In this document: one piece after another, positions 8,971 to 19,254 of the stretch
How positions within the stretch are numbered: position 1 is the stretch's first letter
How the letters are laid out: each line of letters begins with the position of its first letter
Assembly (NCBI GenBank): GCA_963759805.1
Contig: CAVXAT010000001.1
Location: forward strand, 1 to 64,000
Length of the DNA stretch: 64,000 nt
DNA from: an uncultured bacterium
Lineage (GTDB): Bacteria; Babelota; Babeliae; Babelales; RVW-14
Reading direction: 5' to 3'
Translations under genes and position numbers: made by a program
Notes under the pieces: generated by a model
What the model was told of the DNA's origin: nothing
Seen by the model: only the letters and a program-made list of their open reading frames with translations
The model's database searches: none

Positions 8971-10431
8971 CTAGGAGATGTCTAATAAACTTCCAAAATC
9001 AATGATTGCGGCAAAAAAATCAGATATTTCAACGTCGTCATCCACCCCATTAACATGTATCAGCACCGGCCGTATCGAGTAAGCTCGGGGAATTTTTAAT
9101 CGATTGATCTTTTGATTTACCTCATTGATAACTTTGGAATCGATGGGATTTTTCGAAAACTTAATTTCACAAAGATACAGAGTATTAAATTTGGTTTGTA
9201 TCATGTAGTCGATTTGACAGCCCTCCAGTCTTTTGGTTGCTCTCTGAAAATATGGATTCTGGGATACAATATCTTCGGCGCGCAGCCCAAGCTTGTTATG
9301 AATCTCTTTGCGATTGTTGAGGACTAGATTTTCGAATTGCAGTCCAATAATCGTTTGCAACTCAGGCAGACTGCTGATTGATTTTATCGCAAAGCTATCT
9401 CTTGCAATCTTTGTTTTGTATTTATCAATGTATTTTAAATAAAAACGTAGATAGTTATCGCTGAGACGATATTTGCTCAACTTTGAGTCATGCCCGCTTT
9501 CAATGTGCCATGTATAATCTCGTTTAATAAATCCGGCTAACTCTAACTCTCCAATATATTCACTAAATCTTCCGGTTTGTTCAATGTCTAAATCTTTACA
9601 AATCTCCAGGGACTCTTTTGATCCTGAAACCAGGGTTTGAACAATATCTCGGTACAGAACGCTATCGCGCAAAAACAGATCTGAGAAAATGTTATTAAAT
9701 TCGTTTACCAGAAAGCCGCCCTTTTTAAAGCATAAATTTTTGATGTTTTCTTCAGCACTCAGTTTGAAATCAATCTCTTCAAGGTACTTTGGGATGCCGC
9801 CTGTAACTGAAAGAATTTTTAGTTTTTCGTAGGCGGAGACGCGTTTTGAGCCTGTTCCCCAAAAAAGTGTGCATTCATGCAATGAAATTTCTTCAAGCGT
9901 TAATGTGTATGAGATGCGTCCCAAAAATCCGGTACTGCTTAATATGTTTTTTTCGATCCATGAAGATGCTGAGCCGCATATTATGAATATTAGCTGATCA
10001 TTTTTTTTAAGATGTTGATCCCAAAAGTTTTTAATTTTCCCAAGAAATGTTGGGTCCTGCGATCCCATCCAGGAGATTTCATCAAATAACAGTAAAATCC
10101 TTCCTGCCTGTACTCGTTCACCAACGGCCCATAATGCATCGCTCCAGTCATCATAACGTGCCCTTGGTGTTTTAAACTGTTGTGCAATCTGGAGGGAAAA
10201 GGTTTCTAGTTGATGCTGCGGCGTTACATTTTTTTCAGGCGGTAGGCCTATAAAACTATAAAATTTATCAAAATTATTCCCGAACTCCTCAATTAATCGG
10301 CTTTTTCCAATACGCCTTCTGCCTCGTACTACAATAAACGAAGCCGATGTTTTTTTTGTAAACCGTTCAAGCTCTGCAAGTTCTTCTTTGCGTCCGATAA
10401 ACTTATTGGTTCGTTGCTTTGGCATATCCAA
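8971..10431 (-). CDS. AAA-family ATPase (ATPase_2-type) with a C-terminal PD-(D/E)XK-like domain
   Basis: FIGRKEEL, Walker A GRRRIGKS, Walker B LLFDE, TGGIPKY and QIDY...LCEIK. Confidence 0.85.
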   Translation of the reverse strand: MDMPKQRTNKFIGRKEELAELERFTKKTSASFIVVRGRRRIGKSRLIEEFGNNFDKFYSFIGLPPEKNVTPQHQLETFSLQIAQQFKTPRARYDDWSDALWAVGERVQAGRILLLFDEISWMGSQDPTFLGKIKNFWDQHLKKNDQLIFIICGSASSWIEKNILSSTGFLGRISYTLTLEEISLHECTLFWGTGSKRVSAYEKLKILSVTGGIPKYLEEIDFKLSAEENIKNLCFKKGGFLVNEFNNIFSDLFLRDSVLYRDIVQTLVSGSKESLEICKDLDIEQTGRFSEYIGELELAGFIKRDYTWHIESGHDSKLSKYRLSDNYLRFYLKYIDKYKTKIARDSFAIKSISSLPELQTIIGLQFENLVLNNRKEIHNKLGLRAEDIVSQNPYFQRATKRLEGCQIDYMIQTKFNTLYLCEIKFSKNPIDSKVINEVNQKINRLKIPRAYSIRPVLIHVNGVDDDVEISDFFAAIIDFGSLLDIS

Positions 10432-10433
10432 CC

Positions 10434-10510
10434 CTTTGGTACTGCAAATTGAAAAATCTTAATTTACAGTACCAAAGTAACAGTTAATTTTGGTACTGTA
10501 AATTAAGATT
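10434..10510. promoter_or_regulatory. Triple operator-like motif upstream of the ATPase gene
   Basis: Three copies of tttggtactgYaaatt. 10455-10476 and 10489-10510 form a perfect 22-bp inverted repeat. Confidence 0.55.
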
Positions 10511-10532
10511 AGTTTAAATGCATGATTGGGTG

Positions 10533-11951
10533 CTATTTGATTAAAGCCAGAGCCTCGGAAATTTTGTTTACCTTACCCGCTCCAATTGTTAAGACCAGAT
10601 CGCCATCTTCGATTTCAGGCTGGATTGCCTGGGTAATTTGGTCATAAGTGGGCATGCAAACAACTTTTAGCCGAGGATTTTTTTCTTTGATGGCAGCCAC
10701 AAGATTTTCACTTGTGATTCCGGGAATCGGCTGCTCGCTTGCGGGATAAATTTCGGTGATATATAAAGAATCAATTTTGTATTGGGAATTCAGACTTGAG
10801 AGAACCTCAACAAATTCGTTCCAGCACTTTTGTGTTCTGGTGAAACGGTGTGGCTGGAAAATAACATGTAAACGTTTATTCTTACGTTTATGCGCTACTA
10901 TTAATGTGTTTTTGATCTCTGTTGGATGATGGCCATAATCATCAAAAAGATCTGCGCCCTTAAATGTGCCTTTGAATTCAAAACGGCGTTCAACGCCCTT
11001 AAAGCTTTGCAGAGCTGCTGCAATAGTGGAGAACGGAATATCAAATTCCAAGCACATTGCCGTTGCAGCCAGTGAATTCAGGACATTGTGTTGTCCTGCA
11101 ATGTTTAGGGTCACATTTCCCAGTAACTCTTTTTGCAGTAATCCGGTTGCAAGATCGACTCTGTTTTTGTAAATATTAAAGTTGGTTTGGGTTCTACCAA
11201 GATCGACTATCTCCCCCATCAAATCCGCACTTTCGGACAGACCATATTTTACGACGTTAATGTGCTGCAATGGCAGAATTGATTGAATGTTCGGATCGTC
11301 GATGCACAGAAAGGCTTTGCCATAAAATGGCAGACGTGCCAGAAAATCTTTAAAGGTGTTTTTGATATCGTTAATATCGCGATAAGTATCAAGATGGTCG
11401 CTGTCGATGTTTGTCACAACAGCCATTGTCGGATGAAGATAAAGCAAAGATCTGTCGCTCTCGTCAGCCTCGGCAATCAGAACATTGCCGCCACCCAATT
11501 GAGCGTTATTATCAATACTTTTTAGTACGCCACCGATAATAACGGTTGGTTGAAGTTTGGCTTCAATCATGATATGCGAAATAAGTGATGTGGTAGTAGT
11601 TTTGCCGTGAGTTCCTGAGACTGCAATGCTAAACTTGGTACGCATGAGTTCTGCTAGCATGATTGCACGAGGAATAACCGGAATGCCCTTTTCAAGCGCT
11701 GCAATAACTTCCGGGTTTTGTCTGTCTACCGCTGAAGAGTAGACAAGCACATCGGCGTCTTGGATGTGATCTTTGTTGTGACCACATGAAATTTTACAAC
11801 CTATTTTTGCAAGATAATCTACTGTCTTACCGGAAGTTGCCAGGTCGCACCCGCTTACAGCATACCCTTGCAGCCGCAATATTTCGGCTATACCACTCAT
11901 CCCTATGCCGCCAATACCCATGAAGTGAATATGTTCTCTTTTTTTATACAT
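10533..11951 (-). CDS. murC: UDP-N-acetylmuramate--L-alanine ligase
   Basis: GIGGIGMSG, GTHGKTTTT, EADESD, DDYGHHPTE and FQPHRFTR motifs. Confidence 0.97.
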   Translation of the reverse strand: MYKKREHIHFMGIGGIGMSGIAEILRLQGYAVSGCDLATSGKTVDYLAKIGCKISCGHNKDHIQDADVLVYSSAVDRQNPEVIAALEKGIPVIPRAIMLAELMRTKFSIAVSGTHGKTTTTSLISHIMIEAKLQPTVIIGGVLKSIDNNAQLGGGNVLIAEADESDRSLLYLHPTMAVVTNIDSDHLDTYRDINDIKNTFKDFLARLPFYGKAFLCIDDPNIQSILPLQHINVVKYGLSESADLMGEIVDLGRTQTNFNIYKNRVDLATGLLQKELLGNVTLNIAGQHNVLNSLAATAMCLEFDIPFSTIAAALQSFKGVERRFEFKGTFKGADLFDDYGHHPTEIKNTLIVAHKRKNKRLHVIFQPHRFTRTQKCWNEFVEVLSSLNSQYKIDSLYITEIYPASEQPIPGITSENLVAAIKEKNPRLKVVCMPTYDQITQAIQPEIEDGDLVLTIGAGKVNKISEALALIK

Positions 11952-11967
11952 ATCAAATCCTGTTTTT

Positions 11968-13134
11968 TTATAAAAAAAACTTTTTCAATCTATCTATGCC
12001 CTCTTGAATGACTTGAACATCACGAGCAAAACAGAGTCGTATAAACGGTTTGCCGCTTACTCCAAAACTGCTGCCCGGGACCATTCCTACTTTTGCCTTA
12101 TTCAAAATACTCATGCAAAGGTCGGTTGCATCCGATTGATCTGTTTGTAAGAATAAGAAAAAACCACCTTTGGGTTCTTCAAAGGAGAATATCCCTTTGT
12201 CCACAAGCGGTTGAAGGCATTTGACTGCGGCATCTTTTCCTGCCGTCACTTTTTTTGCAAGTTCTTGCACCAAATCGGGTCTGGTCATTGCATACATGGC
12301 TGCGTACTGGGCAGTGTTGTTCAGACAGTTCAGCAGTACATCCTGCATGCGGGCTAAAGTAGGAATAAGTGTTTCATGTGCTACAAGATATCCAATTCGC
12401 CAGCCGCTCATTGCCATATTTTTTGAGAAACTGCTAATCGAGATTAATCTTTCGCTTTGTCCGATAATTGAAAGCATTGATTCAAATGATTCGTCGAAGA
12501 TGTAATCTCTGTACGCCTCGTCAACAATAAGGTAGATACCTTTTTGCTCGCACCAGTCTAAAAGTTCTAAAATGGTAGATTTTGGTACGACAAGTCCGGT
12601 TGGGTTTGTCGGACTTGAAAATACTATGATTTTTGTTTTTGAGGTTGTTGCGGCCTTAATTTTATCGACATTAATTTCCCACATAATTTTTGAGTTACCA
12701 GCAGCGTCGTCTTTAAGACAGGAGACAAAAACGGCCTTGGCTCGCGAGGCCTTGGTCAAAAGTGAGTATGCGGGATAAGCAGGTTCCGGGATGATGACCT
12801 CATCCCCTGCTTCAAGTTGCGTTAGGAATACCAGTGATAGTGCTCCGATTCCGCCATGTGTCGGCAGGACTTGGGATGATGTAATTTTATTGTTATATCT
12901 GGCTGACTGGATTTGGGCTACTGTTTCGCGTAAATCTTTTAATCCGAAACTGCTCCCATAACTGTCTGTTTTGGTTGTGTCCAAAATCGTTTTTACAAAC
13001 TGCTTGACTGGTGTCGGAATGCCACCAACTTTCAAGGCTCCCTGTGAAAGAGAAATGTACTCATTACTGCTGTTGACAACTTCCTCGATCCTTTTGATTC
13101 CAGAAAGTGGAATCTGAAGCATTTTATTCTCCAA
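11968..13134 (-). CDS. PLP-dependent aminotransferase class I/II
   Basis: SPTNPTG, VDEAY and SFSKNMAMSGWRIG motifs. Confidence 0.92.
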   Translation of the reverse strand: MENKMLQIPLSGIKRIEEVVNSSNEYISLSQGALKVGGIPTPVKQFVKTILDTTKTDSYGSSFGLKDLRETVAQIQSARYNNKITSSQVLPTHGGIGALSLVFLTQLEAGDEVIIPEPAYPAYSLLTKASRAKAVFVSCLKDDAAGNSKIMWEINVDKIKAATTSKTKIIVFSSPTNPTGLVVPKSTILELLDWCEQKGIYLIVDEAYRDYIFDESFESMLSIIGQSERLISISSFSKNMAMSGWRIGYLVAHETLIPTLARMQDVLLNCLNNTAQYAAMYAMTRPDLVQELAKKVTAGKDAAVKCLQPLVDKGIFSFEEPKGGFFLFLQTDQSDATDLCMSILNKAKVGMVPGSSFGVSGKPFIRLCFARDVQVIQEGIDRLKKFFL

Positions 13135-13264
13135 TCAGAATTATAAGATCACTAAAATTATAAAGTCCCCAAAAAACAATCAAAATCAGGTTGCGGATAC
13201 AACCTGCTTTATAAAAATAACGAAAACTTTGGTTTTTTGCAAATTTAAGATCAAATAATGTAAT

Positions 13265-13376
13265 GAAGACTGGCCTGCTTTTCGTCCTTCGACAAGCTCA
13301 GGATGAGCGAAGCGTAGCAGCGAAGACTGGCCTGCCATCCATAGCTATGAGCCCACCGGGCGAAAGCGAAGGATGG
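13265..13376. repeat. Palindromic repeat cluster (families A and B) abutting the tRNA-Ala 3' end
   Basis: tccttcgacaagctcaggatgagcg plus a 42-bp family A hairpin that shares the CCA. gaagactggcctgc is duplicated. Confidence 0.8.
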
Positions 13377-13449
13377 TGGAGCTAACCGGGTTCGAACCGG
13401 TGACCTCATGAATGCCATTCATGCGCTCTACCAACTGAGCTATAGCCCC
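13374..13449 (-). tRNA. tRNA-Ala (GGC)
   Basis: ggggctatagctcagttggtagagc...catga atGGCat tcatg...ggttcgaacccggttagctccacca. Confidence 0.97.
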
Positions 13450-13566
13450 ATACAAAAAAATTAATCACTACTACTCTTTCACTAAAGTTTAAGCAAAGCT
13501 TACAAAAACGCAAGATTTTTTGGTTATAATATAATAGAATGAATTTTTCTGAACTAGGAGTTTTAA

Positions 13567-14888
13567 GTCAACTACTCTCGACTAAAGTCGAAAGCTTGTA
13601 AATGAATTATAAAATTCTCTACAATAGGCCGATTGACTGCGGCCCGTGTGTAAAGCCATTGGCTATACACCACTTGCTTGAAATGTTTCTAGCAGCATTG
13701 AGATCTGCGTTTAAGATAAGACCACACGAACAGGAGTAAAGAGATTGGCTTTTTCTATTTGTTTTGAGCACAATATTACATTGAGAACATGTTTGAGACG
13801 TATAATGCGGTTCAACGTATTCAACGTAAATTCCATGCAACTCTGCACCGTAATTAATTGCGTTTTCAACGCGATTAAAACTCCACCTTCCCATATGAGC
13901 CCTATGCTTTTTACGGGCCCTTCCCTTTTCGCCACATCGCTTTCTTATGTTGGTCAATCGTTCCAAAACCACAGTATCTCCAGGCTGAAGCCTAGAAATC
14001 AATTCTTTTGCTACAATTCGATCGCAATTTTCCTTAAACCGTCTCAATCTGCCAGACAACTTTTTAAGATGTCTCTTTGCAGATGGTGTGCCTGCGGATT
14101 GCAATTCCGATTTGCACGAAAGAAGCCTTCTTTCGTGCTCTTTCCACTCTCGTTTCCCTATAAATCTATTATCAGAAGATACAACTGCTTGCTTTATCCC
14201 TCTGTCAACTCCAATTATTTTTTCACTTCTTGCCGGCTTAACAATCTCTTTTTCAAAAATCAACCTAAGAACCCACTTGCCTTTGTTATTAATTCCTATT
14301 TCACCAGCTTTACAATCCCAGTCTCTGTATATTTGAGCATGCTTGTGCCACACCAGAGGAATCTTGATTCTTCCATGTTGAGTTGCAACAGAAGCTGTTT
14401 CCCTAGGCTTGTCAAACGAAAGTGTTCTGGCATCCAAACGAATCGGAACATGCCTAAGCTCCGGCTTGCATGTCTTTATTCCTTTTTTCGAAAACATTCT
14501 TACTGCCTTAACATTTTCTACCGCCCTGTTTCTCGCAGAACACAGATATTGAGATTTAAGACCAAGCCTTGCCTTCAGCAATGCATAGACTTTTTTGTGA
14601 AGATTTATAGCAGACAGTTCTTCAGAATCCCATGCAACATCAATGCAATGCTGCCAGGCTTCTTTGTAAAGTCTTGCCGTTTCGCCGAGGGCTTCCGCTT
14701 GCGTTTTGTCGAGAACTATTGGAAAAACGACTGTTCTTTGAATCACTTAACCCCTACCATTAATATGCTGTGTATTCTCAATGTATTTACTGATTTTATC
14801 TATACTAGACTAAATATTTTGCTAAAAAACTCAATATTTTTCGTTTCCTCCCCTGAATTAATTCAGGGGTTTCCACGAAAGGGATTCT
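13567..14888 (-). mobile_element. IS200/IS605-family non-autonomous element (tnpB only, IS1341-like)
   Basis: Left-end hairpin cccctgaat/attcagggg near 14849-14868. Right-end hairpin tcgact/agtcga followed by gtagttgac ending at 13567. No tnpA. Confidence 0.85.
13619..14746 (-). CDS. tnpB: RNA-guided endonuclease TnpB
   Basis: RuvC motifs GVDRG, VLERL and NADLNAA are intact. Zn finger TSQTCSQC...CSCG. Confidence 0.93.
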   Translation of the reverse strand: MIQRTVVFPIVLDKTQAEALGETARLYKEAWQHCIDVAWDSEELSAINLHKKVYALLKARLGLKSQYLCSARNRAVENVKAVRMFSKKGIKTCKPELRHVPIRLDARTLSFDKPRETASVATQHGRIKIPLVWHKHAQIYRDWDCKAGEIGINNKGKWVLRLIFEKEIVKPARSEKIIGVDRGIKQAVVSSDNRFIGKREWKEHERRLLSCKSELQSAGTPSAKRHLKKLSGRLRRFKENCDRIVAKELISRLQPGDTVVLERLTNIRKRCGEKGRARKKHRAHMGRWSFNRVENAINYGAELHGIYVEYVEPHYTSQTCSQCNIVLKTNRKSQSLYSCSCGLILNADLNAARNISSKWCIANGFTHGPQSIGLL

Positions 14889-16379
14889 ATGAAAAGCGTT
14901 ATTACTTTTTTGGAAATTTGCGAAAACTTATGCCCAATCATTTCTGAGATTAAAAATGCCGGTGGCGTAGCCTACATGGTTGGCGGCAGTGTTCGTGATT
15001 TAGTTTTAAATCATCCAATTAAAGATTCAGATATCGAAGTTCATGGTGTCACTACGCAGGAGCTTGAGACCATTTTGTCAAAATTTGGCAAAGTTGCCAC
15101 TATCGGCAAACAGTTTGGGGTTTTAAGGTTGTTGCATCTGGATGTTGACTGGTCTTTGCCCAGGACTGACAGCAAGGGGCGTAAGCCAACTGTGAAAATT
15201 GATCCTGATATGGATATTAAAACAGCCTGTCGCAGGCGTGATCTGACAATGAATGCAATGGCAATCGACTTGAATTTTGTTTGTCAAAATTTAAACGATA
15301 TAAAAAAATTAGTAAAAAATAAAAACTTTGATCCTGTAAAAGATCTTAAAATTATTGATTCTTACGGCGGGCTGGATGACATCAAAAACAGACGATTGCG
15401 TGCAGTGGATGAGAAGCTTTTTCTTGAAGATCCACTAAGATTTTTCAGGGTTATGCAGTTTATCGGTCGATTTGAAATGCAGCCGGATTCCGGGTTAAAC
15501 AAATTGTGTAGTGAGATGGATTTGTCTGCGCGCAAGCTGCCTGATATTGGTATTGGGGTTGATCTCGGTGCTGGTAAAAACATGGCATTGGCCAAAGAGA
15601 GAGTTCATGAAGAGTTAAAAAAACTCTTCTTAAAATCAAGCCATCCGTCTCTTGGGTTTAGATGGCTTTTGAAAATTGGTCGATTAAAAGAGATATTTCC
15701 GGAGTTGTGGGCTTTGATAGATGTTCAGCAGAATCCAAAATATCATCCGGAAGGAGATGTCTTTGAACACACAATGCAAACACTGGATGCTGCAGCGACA
15801 ATTGAGTTTTATGACAAAGAAAATGTAGACTATGAAAAGTATTTAATAATACTTGCTGCGCTGTGCCATGATCTTGGCAAAATAAATAAAACGGATAAAG
15901 ATCTGCATTGCAAAGGGCATGAGATTGAAAGTGTAAAAATTTCTCCACATCTTTTAAAGCGTTTAACAAACAGTAAACTTTTGATCAAAACAGTTAAAAA
16001 GCTTGTCAAATTTCATTGTATGCCATTGCAGTTGACTGGGCAAAAATCGACTTTGAAGGCGTACAAAAAATTGGCTATAAAACTTGCGCCGGAGACAAAT
16101 TTAAGGCAACTTGCGCTACTTTGGCTTGCTGATAATCGTGGGCGTAACTGTAATTCTATTAATTTCTTTCGTGATGATTTTTTAGAATTTATAAAAAAAG
16201 CTGAACAGGCAAACGTTGCAATCCAACCGGAAGCGCCGATACTACTTGGTAGGCATCTGATTGATGTTGTAAAACCCGGGCCTGAGATGGGAAAGCTTTT
16301 GAAAAAGGCTTATCGTATTCAAATTGAACAGGGCATTACTGACGTGGCGGAGTTAAAAAAACGTGTTTTGGGGGGCTAA
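14889..16379 (+). CDS. cca: CCA-adding tRNA nucleotidyltransferase with HD domain
   Basis: VGGSVRD, DSDIE, RRDLTMNAMA, EDPLR, HPEGDVFEH and CHDLGK motifs. Confidence 0.88.
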   Translation: MKSVITFLEICENLCPIISEIKNAGGVAYMVGGSVRDLVLNHPIKDSDIEVHGVTTQELETILSKFGKVATIGKQFGVLRLLHLDVDWSLPRTDSKGRKPTVKIDPDMDIKTACRRRDLTMNAMAIDLNFVCQNLNDIKKLVKNKNFDPVKDLKIIDSYGGLDDIKNRRLRAVDEKLFLEDPLRFFRVMQFIGRFEMQPDSGLNKLCSEMDLSARKLPDIGIGVDLGAGKNMALAKERVHEELKKLFLKSSHPSLGFRWLLKIGRLKEIFPELWALIDVQQNPKYHPEGDVFEHTMQTLDAAATIEFYDKENVDYEKYLIILAALCHDLGKINKTDKDLHCKGHEIESVKISPHLLKRLTNSKLLIKTVKKLVKFHCMPLQLTGQKSTLKAYKKLAIKLAPETNLRQLALLWLADNRGRNCNSINFFRDDFLEFIKKAEQANVAIQPEAPILLGRHLIDVVKPGPEMGKLLKKAYRIQIEQGITDVAELKKRVLGG

Positions 16380-16461
16380 TTAACGCCAGTTTGCTTAAAC
16401 CACTAGTTAATTTATTTTATAACTACCCGAAGTGTTTAAATTGTTTCCATCGAAGTTCTGT

Positions 16462-16489
16462 GTCATCCTGAACTCGTTTCAGGATGACA
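16462..16489. repeat. Family C palindrome
   Basis: tgtcatcctgaactcgtttcaggatgaca, related to copies at 22807, 30770, 37892 and 41126. Confidence 0.8.
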
Positions 16490-16543
16490 AAACCACAATT
16501 CAAACGGCTCTTTATATTATCGAATTGGCTTTAATTGTGCTGA

Positions 16544-18973
16544 TCATCTTGCCCGTGCAGTTGTTGCCGGTTGCACCGGTTTGGTTTCATTAGTCAAAAT
16601 TTTTATCCACTGCACCATAACTGCTTTTTGTGCTGGTCCCAATAAATTTGTTCCATTGGAAAGTTTTTTCTGATTGATTATCTGGAAGAGATTTAAAACT
16701 TTCTTTTTATCATATGTGTCTCGAGCTTTAAAAATACTGTTTAATGCTCCTACAAATGCAGCCATAACCGGAACAGGGGTTTGAGGGGTAAATAAAGATG
16801 CAATTTTTTCGTATGCACTCAAATCTTTACCATTTGTCGCACTATCCAACAATGCAGAGATGTATATTTTTTGTCCAGTTGTTATTTTAGCAGCACTATC
16901 CAGCTCATTAATCCATGCCACAATCGTACTAATCTGATTTGATGCGAGCAATCCCGCCGTATTCTGGATGTTGGTGAACAGATCTTTCATGGACAAAAGA
17001 TCTTCCTGCATTAAATTACCACGAGAATTATATAGTCCGGGAATAGTTACGAGGACGAGCTGCTTTTTTTCATATTCGGCATTTGGTACTGTTACTTTAT
17101 CCAAAATAGTTTTGAGTAAAGCGATCTGTTCTTTTGCCGGTTTTAACTCTATTTGGGAGAATAAAATACTTGTGGCTTCAATAATTTTTATCCAAGTGCC
17201 AAGTGTTTTTTGCATTGTGCTGTCAAAAATATTTTTATCTTTAAATGGTGAAGAATTTAGGCTATTTAAAAGATTTTTTAAAGCATCAGCCTCAGCGCCA
17301 GTTATTGTTCTCTTGTCATCTTTATCCGGTTTTTTTCTTAAACTGAAAAGATTTGTAATTCCATCTATAAAACGGCCCTTTTCAAAATTATGAACACTTG
17401 GGTCTATTGAGTTTGCAATTTGTACGTAATCTGCAATTTTTTTTGAAAACACTTTCTCAACTGATGCAGCGCTAAGTTGAGAAATTAATCTAAGAGAATT
17501 TAGTCTTTCGGGAGTTATAGCGTTTGCCAGTTCACCGATGCTTTTTGCTTTCTCAAACATAGCCGTTAGAGTAGCCAAGTCATCATTCTTTAATATGCCT
17601 CTATTACTGTATAAAACAGTGAATTTATCAATAAGCAATGGGACAAGAGCTTTTTTATTATTAGGATCGGTAATTGTAGGAAATAAGTTAACAACGGTAG
17701 AGCAGATCTTAAGTAGTTCAGGGTAATTTTTCTGAGTAGCAGTGAATTTTTTGTTCAGAACATCAATACTTACAACTATCTTTTTTGCCTGTGCTATGGC
17801 TGGGGTTGGAGCTGGAGCAGAAGGGGTTGGCTGGGCAACACCGGGAGCAGTTGGCTTGGTGGGTAAAGCTGGCTGGCCCAAGACCGATAACCCTTTGGTT
17901 GGGGTTGGCGTAGGGGTGACTGCCGCTGTTTTAGCTTTTTCAAATCCAGCCAATGATGATTTTTCTGCTGCTGTAAAAAATTGGTTTGCTTGAATAAATT
18001 TGAAAAGAGTTAAAACACTCTGCCGTGTTGACTCATCACCTACAAGTCCTATTAGACGTCCAATTTCGGTGATCAGATCATTTCGACTTGTAATAGTTAT
18101 TGATTTATTTACATTGGAAATGAGGCGCTTGTAAGCATCAATTTTATTTGCTATCCGGTCTAAATCGATTGCTCTAACGGCATCAAGCTCGTTGGAAAAA
18201 TCGGTCTGTTTTTTAATTTGTGATTCCATCTTACTTCTGCCGGCAAGTAAATTCGTATAAATTTTGTTAAACATTTGTGTATATTTGGAGACAGAAGGAG
18301 AGGTCGATTTGCGTAGCTCATTTTGGACCTGGTTAAGTAAAAAAAAGCTTGTACACTTATCATCACTGGCGCCCGTTTTTGAAGGATTGCCCAAGATTTT
18401 TGTATATATTTCATCCAGCGCTGAATTTGATACTAGATATGTTGTTGTATCTGCGGCTGAGTTTAGCACATCAGTGTAAAAACCGTCCAAAATTTTATAT
18501 TTTGTATCAAGAGTTATATTTGGGAATAAGGCGCTTAAAGATTTGAGAATCACTTTATAAACTACGATTTTGCTTTTTGCTCCCTGATTTTCATTGAAAA
18601 GTGGGGTGCCGGGTGAGGCTGCGTCTGTTAAAGCCTTAAGAATATCAGCCTCTGATCCGTACTGCGTTGGTGCGGCGGCAATTGGAGCAGCAAAAGCTAT
18701 TTGTCCGGGAACTCCCATTACCTGCGGTCTAGCTCCACCTACTGCCGGGCCTGCCACTCGTCCTGCTAGCGGGACTGGCGCTTGGGGAGTAGGTGCAGCC
18801 GGTTGGGGAACGGATACCTGTTGGACAACAGGCACTTCCGGAACAACGGGTGCAGGTTGCGGGAACCCTGGAATACTACTCAGATCAACTCCGGGCATCA
18901 TGGCTATAATTAAACTATGCCAAAAACAGAGGATTAGCCCTGCTAGAAAAGTTATAAACTTTTTTGTACACAT
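16544..18973 (-). CDS. Large secreted hypothetical protein with Pro-rich linkers and repeated helical domains
   Basis: Signal peptide, Pro/Ala-rich segments and recurring LY(S/N)xRGxL...DL motifs. Confidence 0.7.
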   Translation of the reverse strand: MCTKKFITFLAGLILCFWHSLIIAMMPGVDLSSIPGFPQPAPVVPEVPVVQQVSVPQPAAPTPQAPVPLAGRVAGPAVGGARPQVMGVPGQIAFAAPIAAAPTQYGSEADILKALTDAASPGTPLFNENQGAKSKIVVYKVILKSLSALFPNITLDTKYKILDGFYTDVLNSAADTTTYLVSNSALDEIYTKILGNPSKTGASDDKCTSFFLLNQVQNELRKSTSPSVSKYTQMFNKIYTNLLAGRSKMESQIKKQTDFSNELDAVRAIDLDRIANKIDAYKRLISNVNKSITITSRNDLITEIGRLIGLVGDESTRQSVLTLFKFIQANQFFTAAEKSSLAGFEKAKTAAVTPTPTPTKGLSVLGQPALPTKPTAPGVAQPTPSAPAPTPAIAQAKKIVVSIDVLNKKFTATQKNYPELLKICSTVVNLFPTITDPNNKKALVPLLIDKFTVLYSNRGILKNDDLATLTAMFEKAKSIGELANAITPERLNSLRLISQLSAASVEKVFSKKIADYVQIANSIDPSVHNFEKGRFIDGITNLFSLRKKPDKDDKRTITGAEADALKNLLNSLNSSPFKDKNIFDSTMQKTLGTWIKIIEATSILFSQIELKPAKEQIALLKTILDKVTVPNAEYEKKQLVLVTIPGLYNSRGNLMQEDLLSMKDLFTNIQNTAGLLASNQISTIVAWINELDSAAKITTGQKIYISALLDSATNGKDLSAYEKIASLFTPQTPVPVMAAFVGALNSIFKARDTYDKKKVLNLFQIINQKKLSNGTNLLGPAQKAVMVQWIKILTNETKPVQPATTARAR

Positions 18974-19254
18974 ATCTATTCTCCAAAAGTTTAATCTCCA
19001 AAATTTTAAGAAATCACATCTTTAATAATAACATATTTAATATCTGGTTTTTAAAAAATAATGGCAACAAAAAGCAAGCAATCTTTTTTATTACTTTGAT
19101 TTTGTGGATAAAATCAAAAAAATCTGAGTAGGCAACTATAACTCACATCTTATACTAATAAGTTCACTTTTCACAACAATAATGGCATGATAAATAAAAG
19201 AGGCTTTTCAGTAATCAATTTGTATAAAAAATGTATAAGTAAAAAAGGATTAGC

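Noticed and set aside
13745..14947. 400-aa ORF on the + strand
   Set aside because: Antisense shadow of tnpB with no recognisable motifs.
16382..16391. aacgccagtt matching the IS982 IR end
   Set aside because: Only 10 bp and no partner end, so chance cannot be excluded.
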